36,278 nt of DNA, taken from IMG/VR virus record IMGVR_UViG_3300045988_041547, positions 1 through 36,278 of that record. One strand, 5' to 3'. Origin of the DNA: a virus. The notes beneath the pieces are model-generated. The model was given only the letters and a program-made list of their open reading frames with translations. It ran no database searches and was not told where the DNA came from. Positions 32,179 through 36,278 of the stretch are shown piece by piece. The translations under genes and the position numbers were made by a program. How positions within the stretch are numbered: the stretch's first letter is position 1; each line of letters begins with the position of its first letter.

Positions 32179-32482
32179 TCCCGCACCCTCTCAAAAACTC
32201 CAGCATCTGCTCTCGGCTGCGTTGCACGTCTTCCCGCGTCACGTTTCCCCACATAGGTTCCGATTTCCGCTGTGGCATTCGCTCCATGAGCTGACCGACG
32301 GTCGGCGCATAGCCTTTCGTGTCCGTCTGTACAAACGCCTGAAGCGCTGCTTTTGCGTCCTCGTAGCTCTGAGCCTCAAACGCCAGGGCGAAGGCAGCCG
32401 CCTTATTCCGCACTTCTGCGTCTCGCACCGGGTAAAATTGGCGGTATAGCCCGACAAATTTCACTGCTTCTGAGTTTGTCAA
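32162..32482 (-). CDS. G39P-like helicase loader/inhibitor candidate, 106 aa
   Basis: EAVKFVGLYRQFYPVRDAEVRNKAAAFALAFEAQSYEDAKAALQAFVQTDTKGYAPTVGQLMERM follows the SPP1 G39P N-terminal domain pattern. It lies directly after the replisome organizer. Confidence 0.45.
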   Translation of the reverse strand: MTNSEAVKFVGLYRQFYPVRDAEVRNKAAAFALAFEAQSYEDAKAALQAFVQTDTKGYAPTVGQLMERMPQRKSEPMWGNVTREDVQRSREQMLEFLRGCGNAKYG

Positions 32483-33162
32483 AATATCCCCTCCAATTCG
32501 TCCGGGTTAATACCCATGATGAAATTTTCACCGTCTGTAGGTGCAGTATGTGCAGCGGAATCGGGCGGTTCATCCTCCCAGCGTCCTTGGTTAAGCCATG
32601 TGGCAGGATTCGGTATATACTGCCCTCCGTCTTTCGTCCAACGGTCCCAAGTTTTCTGGTACTCCACCGCATCCAGAATCACTTTCGTCAGCTCCTCACT
32701 AGGTTTGAGCTTACTCCATGCCTTCAAAGCGGCTTGCTTCCCAGTTTTGTTGGGATAAATTGCCCAAAAGCGGTCAAACCGTTTCCCAGGGGGGGACTTT
32801 TGGGGGGTATCTCCTACTTCCTTTATCCTACTTCCTACTTCCTTTATCCTACTTCCTTCTTCCGCTTCCTGTTTGCTTCCGTTTGCTTCCGTTTGCTTTT
32901 GACTTGCTTCCAGCTTGCTTCCGTTTGCTTTTGACTTGCTTCCACCTTTAGCGCCGCTTTCAGATTTTTTTATGCTCAAATCCATGGTCGGCTTAACGTT
33001 AACAAACATGGCACCAGGTATCGTGTCCGGGTCTGGCTCAATCCCATCAAGCCCATAATCCAATATCGACATAAGATATTGGTACGCTACCGATTCAGAT
33101 ACAGCTTTTTCAAGTCTCCTTGCCGCATCCCTGTAGGAGCGGAACACTTTGACAGTCTCCAT
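32479..33162 (-). CDS. replisome organizer / replication initiator-like protein, 227 aa
   Basis: The C-terminal FDRFWAIYPNKTGKQAALKAWSKL...WTKDGGQYIPNPATWLNQGRWEDE is the DnaD/organizer-type motif. A central low-complexity region coincides with DNA iterons. Confidence 0.65.
   Translation of the reverse strand: METVKVFRSYRDAARRLEKAVSESVAYQYLMSILDYGLDGIEPDPDTIPGAMFVNVKPTMDLSIKKSESGAKGGSKSKANGSKLEASQKQTEANGSKQEAEEGSRIKEVGSRIKEVGDTPQKSPPGKRFDRFWAIYPNKTGKQAALKAWSKLKPSEELTKVILDAVEYQKTWDRWTKDGGQYIPNPATWLNQGRWEDEPPDSAAHTAPTDGENFIMGINPDELEGIF
32814..32944. repeat. iteron-like array (candidate origin of replication)
   Basis: The minus strand carries ten GGAAG(C/T)(A/G)(A/G) octamers: 5 GGAAGCAA, 1 GGAAGCGG, 4 GGAAGTAG. 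These include a 21-nt unit x2 (32814..32855) and a 22-nt unit x2 at a 32-nt period (32891..32912 and 32923..32944). Confidence 0.6.
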
Positions 33163-33172
33163 GTGATCCCCC

Positions 33173-33538
33173 CTATGTCTCCAAAATTCTGATTTGATAT
33201 CTCCAGAGCATCAGTTTCCGTTTGATGGTATACTCTGGAGTCCGTACGCCCTTGCAATCCTCAACCACAGTCTTACCGTCCTGCCGATATACAAAATCAG
33301 CTATGTACCTGCAAGGACGCTCAATCACCTTGCCCGGGCGTTTGCCGCCTCTTGGTCCCGTGATATCCGGTTCTCTCTGCGCTGGGATTAGCTCAAATAC
33401 AACCTGTCTCCGCAGGTCTGTAATGCGTCCAGCAGCTTCCAAGATTTGCAGCTCTCTGTATCGCTTAAATTCTTTTCGGCTGTCAAACGTCTGCCCGTCT
33501 GCCCGAATTTTACGGGCGTGATACTTGTTATAGGTCAT
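33173..33538 (-). CDS. DUF1064-family protein (resolvase-like), 121 aa
   Basis: NKYHARKIRADGQTFDSRKEFKRYRELQILEAAGRITDL..Q..FEL...YIADFVY...GKTVVEDCKG..TPEYTIKRKLM is the classic DUF1064 pattern. Confidence 0.7.
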   Translation of the reverse strand: MTYNKYHARKIRADGQTFDSRKEFKRYRELQILEAAGRITDLRRQVVFELIPAQREPDITGPRGGKRPGKVIERPCRYIADFVYRQDGKTVVEDCKGVRTPEYTIKRKLMLWRYQIRILET

Positions 33539-33541
33539 GGC

Positions 33542-33952
33542 TTAAAACGGGAGATCGCTGTCGTCTTCCTCCAGCGGGGTAAAATCAGCAGCCTCGCCGT
33601 TAGGAGCATCATAGCTGTCGGAAGCGGTGTCGCGCTTGGAACTACCGAAGTAGACATTGTCTGCCACTACCTCAGCGCTGCGGCGCTTGTTGCCCTCCTT
33701 GTCCGTCCAGACCCTAATCTGGAGTCTGCCGGATACTACCGCCATGCTGCCCTTGGTGAAGTATTTGGAGACAAACTCTCCGGTACTTCTCCAGGCAACC
33801 ACGTCAATAAAATCGCATTCCTTCTCACCGTTCTGGCTCTTGAAATCGCGGTCAACAGCCAGCGTGAAGGATGCAACTGCAATCCCGCTGCCGGTGTGCC
33901 GAAGCTCCGGATCACGGGTCAAGCGGCCCATGAGAACAATATGGTTCAGCAT
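33542..33952 (-). CDS. ssb: single-stranded DNA-binding protein, 136 aa
   Basis: MLNHIVLMGRLTRDPELRHT..G.AVASFTLAVDR OB-fold N-terminus and an acidic DDSDLPF tail. Confidence 0.9.
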   Translation of the reverse strand: MLNHIVLMGRLTRDPELRHTGSGIAVASFTLAVDRDFKSQNGEKECDFIDVVAWRSTGEFVSKYFTKGSMAVVSGRLQIRVWTDKEGNKRRSAEVVADNVYFGSSKRDTASDSYDAPNGEAADFTPLEEDDSDLPF

Positions 33953-34764
33953 CAGGTTTCACCGCCCTCAGAAGCTGCTACAACCTCGCCCGTCTCGGAA
34001 TCCACGATTGTTACGTCAGGCTCGGCGAACATATCGTCCGAAATGGTGTCCTTGATGGTTTCGTCGGTGCTGATGGCTCTGGCAAAATCGGATTTCAGCG
34101 GGGCGTATTTGAGCACACGTTTAAGGACAGTCTTTTTTGCCATTTCCTCAAAATTGGTCTGCCAAGGCCCGTTTCCGTAGGACTTGGAATATTTCTGCGC
34201 GTGAGTTTGTACATCCTCAATGGACATAACTTCGAATCCGTATCCGCCGTCTTTGGTATGGAATACGGCATAGAAAAAGATAGGGGCACCGCGATCAGAT
34301 TTTGCAGGAATGTGATGCAGTTTAGGTTCCAGGCCCAACTCATAGGTAAAATCGTCGTTTTCGTAGACGGTGTGGGCCTGAATCATCTTGACTTCGCCAG
34401 AACGATAGGCCAAATCAATCAAGCCCTTGTAGCCCAACTGGAACTGGCATTCCAGTCGTCCATGGTTGAGATAGGGAATGAGGTAAGCTTGTCCAAGAGG
34501 TGTGTTAGGCTCAACGCCAAGCTGGGCGGCAGTCATCATAGCACCGAGGAAGCTGTTCGCGCTGCATTCTGACAGTTTTGGGTTGGTGCTAAGAGCGGAA
34601 AGCGTAATCCGGGTGAAACGTTCCGGCGTAATGACAGAGGGGAGCGCTTTAGCGATTTCTCCCTCCATGCTCTTTATCAAGGAGCGGATGCCCTTGGGCT
34701 GTTTACTTGTGGCAACGGCCTTTTGCTCCTGGGCCTTAGAAATAATACCTTCGTTCATGTTCAA
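33952..34764 (-). CDS. recT: RecT-family single-strand annealing recombinase, 270 aa
   Basis: ...RFTRITLSALSTNPKLSECSANSFLGAMMTAAQLGVEPNTPLGQAYLIPY... is the RecT core. It is paired with an upstream exonuclease. Confidence 0.85.
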   Translation of the reverse strand: MNMNEGIISKAQEQKAVATSKQPKGIRSLIKSMEGEIAKALPSVITPERFTRITLSALSTNPKLSECSANSFLGAMMTAAQLGVEPNTPLGQAYLIPYLNHGRLECQFQLGYKGLIDLAYRSGEVKMIQAHTVYENDDFTYELGLEPKLHHIPAKSDRGAPIFFYAVFHTKDGGYGFEVMSIEDVQTHAQKYSKSYGNGPWQTNFEEMAKKTVLKRVLKYAPLKSDFARAISTDETIKDTISDDMFAEPDVTIVDSETGEVVAASEGGET

Positions 34765-35735
34765 ATCTCCTTTACCTCAAATTTTCTGTATGCAGTGGTA
34801 TGGTAGTAGTCACTCAGATTTAATTCAGGGTGTGCCGCCTGAAGCTGTTTGGTATCCAGACTCCGGCGGCTCTGGCTTTTCCAGCTTACAGCAAAGTCGG
34901 AACAGGTACCGCGCTCTGCATCTCCAAGCCGCCGCTTGAGCTGATTGGCGATTGCATCGGCTTCCTGCGCAGCTGCTTTGGAGCGCTCTTTTGCAGACAG
35001 GTAATCCTCAACGAGGCGGTCACATCCGAATAGGTCAATGGTGGTACCATCGGAATGGGGGTGTACTGCCAGCAAGGCTTCTGCCGTTCCCGCTCCGCTA
35101 TCTGCGGGAGGCTCAGTATCCGTCTCGATGTAATGCCAGAACTCAGCCGCAGCGTCCCGGATTGCGACGAATTCCGCTGGGCTGACGTATGTAGAGCCCT
35201 CGCACCATTCAGGTGTAGCGGCATCCGACACGGTGGTAAGCTGAAATACCTTGAATTCTTTTCCGAGTACCACCACGGCCAAGTACCAGTATGGATACCC
35301 GGTGATTGCCATATAGGCAACACACTGAGCGTAGTAGCTTTCGGGGAAATTTTCACCGGCAAACCGCCCAGCGCTATAGGCAGAAGCGGTTTTGCATTCC
35401 AGCCCTGCCTTGTGACCGATAATCCGACGGTCAATGTTCGCGTGGAGGTGAGGGTAATCGGTGTTGCGAATGATGTAGTTTTCGTGGGCTACCTTCCAGC
35501 CGCTCAGTTCAGAAAAGCGCTGGGCTACATAGTCCTCCAAGTCCGTCCCCTGACGCATAGCCTCGTTTGGTTCACTGTCTGGAATCCGCCCGGTCTTATT
35601 GCCCCAAACAGAATAGGCAGAAGCATATTTATTCAGTCCCAAGATGGAGCCAATCTCAGACCCACCAATAGACTTTCTGCGTTCGGCAAGCCAAGTGGCG
35701 CGGTCCATATCGCTGGTCTTGACCTTGATAATCAT
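34761..35735 (-). CDS. YqaJ-like (lambda-Exo-type) recombination exonuclease, 324 aa
   Basis: Internal ATG (ATGA overlap, GGAGG RBS). DRATWLAERRKSIGGSEIGSILGLNKY...DRRI...GLECKTA has PD-(D/E)XK YqaJ features. Confidence 0.8.
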   Translation of the reverse strand: MIIKVKTSDMDRATWLAERRKSIGGSEIGSILGLNKYASAYSVWGNKTGRIPDSEPNEAMRQGTDLEDYVAQRFSELSGWKVAHENYIIRNTDYPHLHANIDRRIIGHKAGLECKTASAYSAGRFAGENFPESYYAQCVAYMAITGYPYWYLAVVVLGKEFKVFQLTTVSDAATPEWCEGSTYVSPAEFVAIRDAAAEFWHYIETDTEPPADSGAGTAEALLAVHPHSDGTTIDLFGCDRLVEDYLSAKERSKAAAQEADAIANQLKRRLGDAERGTCSDFAVSWKSQSRRSLDTKQLQAAHPELNLSDYYHTTAYRKFEVKEI

Positions 35736-35953
35736 TCTGCTACCTCCGGCAACGGCAAATAGAGTTCTTCCAGTATGTTTTCTGCAAGATCGTCTTTGCA
35801 CGCCTTGCAGTACCATGCATCGTCCCAGTGGTATGCATAATCCGATGTAATTGGTTCCTTGCAGCAGTGGCAAACAGGCAGCTTTCGCAGCTGCTCGGTT
35901 TGGCGACGATCATACCGCTCAAAATCTTTAATTGGATCGTCTGTAAATCCCAT
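35732..35953 (-). CDS. small zinc-ribbon-like protein, 73 aa
   Basis: Internal ATG of ORF 35732..36109 with a GGAGGAAGG RBS. CHCCKEP...YCKACKD form CxxC pairs. Confidence 0.6.
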   Translation of the reverse strand: MGFTDDPIKDFERYDRRQTEQLRKLPVCHCCKEPITSDYAYHWDDAWYCKACKDDLAENILEELYLPLPEVAE

Positions 35954-35954
35954 G

Positions 35955-36278
35955 TTATCCTTCCTCCCCAAGCTCAATCTGAGCCTCTGCAAGGTCTGCG
36001 GCAAGCTGATATGCCTTACCGTGTTTGTTGTCACCGTGGGTCTGCTTGACCTTCGCGCGGAACTCATCCACCGTGCCGCGGAAGCAGCCGCAGCAAACGG
36101 AGATGGCAAAACCAGTCAAAAGCTTCGTGCGGAAGAATGTAGTTGTATCATCACGGCTGCCGATCGGCCCAACAGTCAATACATGCACTGTCTTTGACAC
36201 CAGCGCCTCGCCGGACACCCGGGCCTTGTCGAACACCCACGCCTCGCCGGACACCCGGGCCTTGTCGAACACCCGGGC
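35955..36278 (-). CDS. C-terminal part of the hexapeptide-repeat protein that starts at 277
   Basis: The ORF is open at the window edge. VFDKARVSGEAWVFDKARVSGEAL repeats, then TVGPIGSRDDTTTFFRTK...SVCCGCFRGTVDEFRAKVKQTHGDN. In frame with 1..277 across the 49-nt overlap. Confidence 0.75.
   Translation of the reverse strand, partial: ARVFDKARVSGEAWVFDKARVSGEALVSKTVHVLTVGPIGSRDDTTTFFRTKLLTGFAISVCCGCFRGTVDEFRAKVKQTHGDNKHGKAYQLAADLAEAQIELGEEG
36230..36278. repeat. 49-nt exact terminal overlap with 1..49 (circular-closure signature)
   Basis: cgaacacccacgcctcgccggacacccgggccttgtcgaacacccgggc is identical at both window ends. Confidence 0.95.

Noticed and set aside
1-36278. Known defence or accessory systems (CRISPR-Cas, restriction-modification pair, reverse transcriptase/DGR/retron, toxin-antitoxin)
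   Set aside because: No cas, REase, RT or recognisable toxin genes were seen in any frame. The methyltransferase is an orphan, adjacent only to the packaging HNH gene.

Overview
The window is essentially one complete temperate siphovirus-type phage genome, about 36.2 kb unique, written as a linearised circle. Bases 1..49 are identical to 36230..36278, and a minus-strand gene reads in frame across that junction. The host is probably a Gram-positive, Clostridia-like bacterium (GGAGG-type ribosome-binding sites, XhlA/holin/GH25 lysis cassette, attP matching tRNA-Ser). Almost everything is on the minus strand. A perfect consensus early promoter at 1141..1169 drives small early genes. These run across the junction into a recombination/replication module (YqaJ-like exonuclease, RecT, SSB, DUF1064, replisome organizer with an internal iteron array, G39P-like loader) and then a block of small genes containing two paralogous pairs. 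Next comes a 554-nt structured non-coding stretch with two tRNA-like modules. It is followed by a DNA methyltransferase carrying a perfect 15-bp x6 in-frame repeat, then HNH, TerS, TerL, portal, protease and an HK97-type capsid. After these come head-tail joining genes, the major tail protein, a G/G-T chaperone with a -1 frameshift, a 1333-aa tape measure, Dit, Tal, BppU-like and collagen-like fibre genes, XhlA, holin and endolysin. A five-gene accessory (moron) cluster follows, ending at attP. The plus strand carries the lysogeny module: XRE repressor, a membrane-anchored HTH protein, a membrane-anchored HIRAN-domain protein, a zinc-ribbon tyrosine integrase, and attP (the 3' part of tRNA-Ser(GCU) plus its terminator). 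The items most worth follow-up are the tRNA-like non-coding region, the HTH-TM/TM-HIRAN pair, the accessory cluster with spore-coat/exosporium-like composition, the methyltransferase repeat, and the out-of-frame iteron array. All functional calls come from reading the translations by eye; no database search was run.
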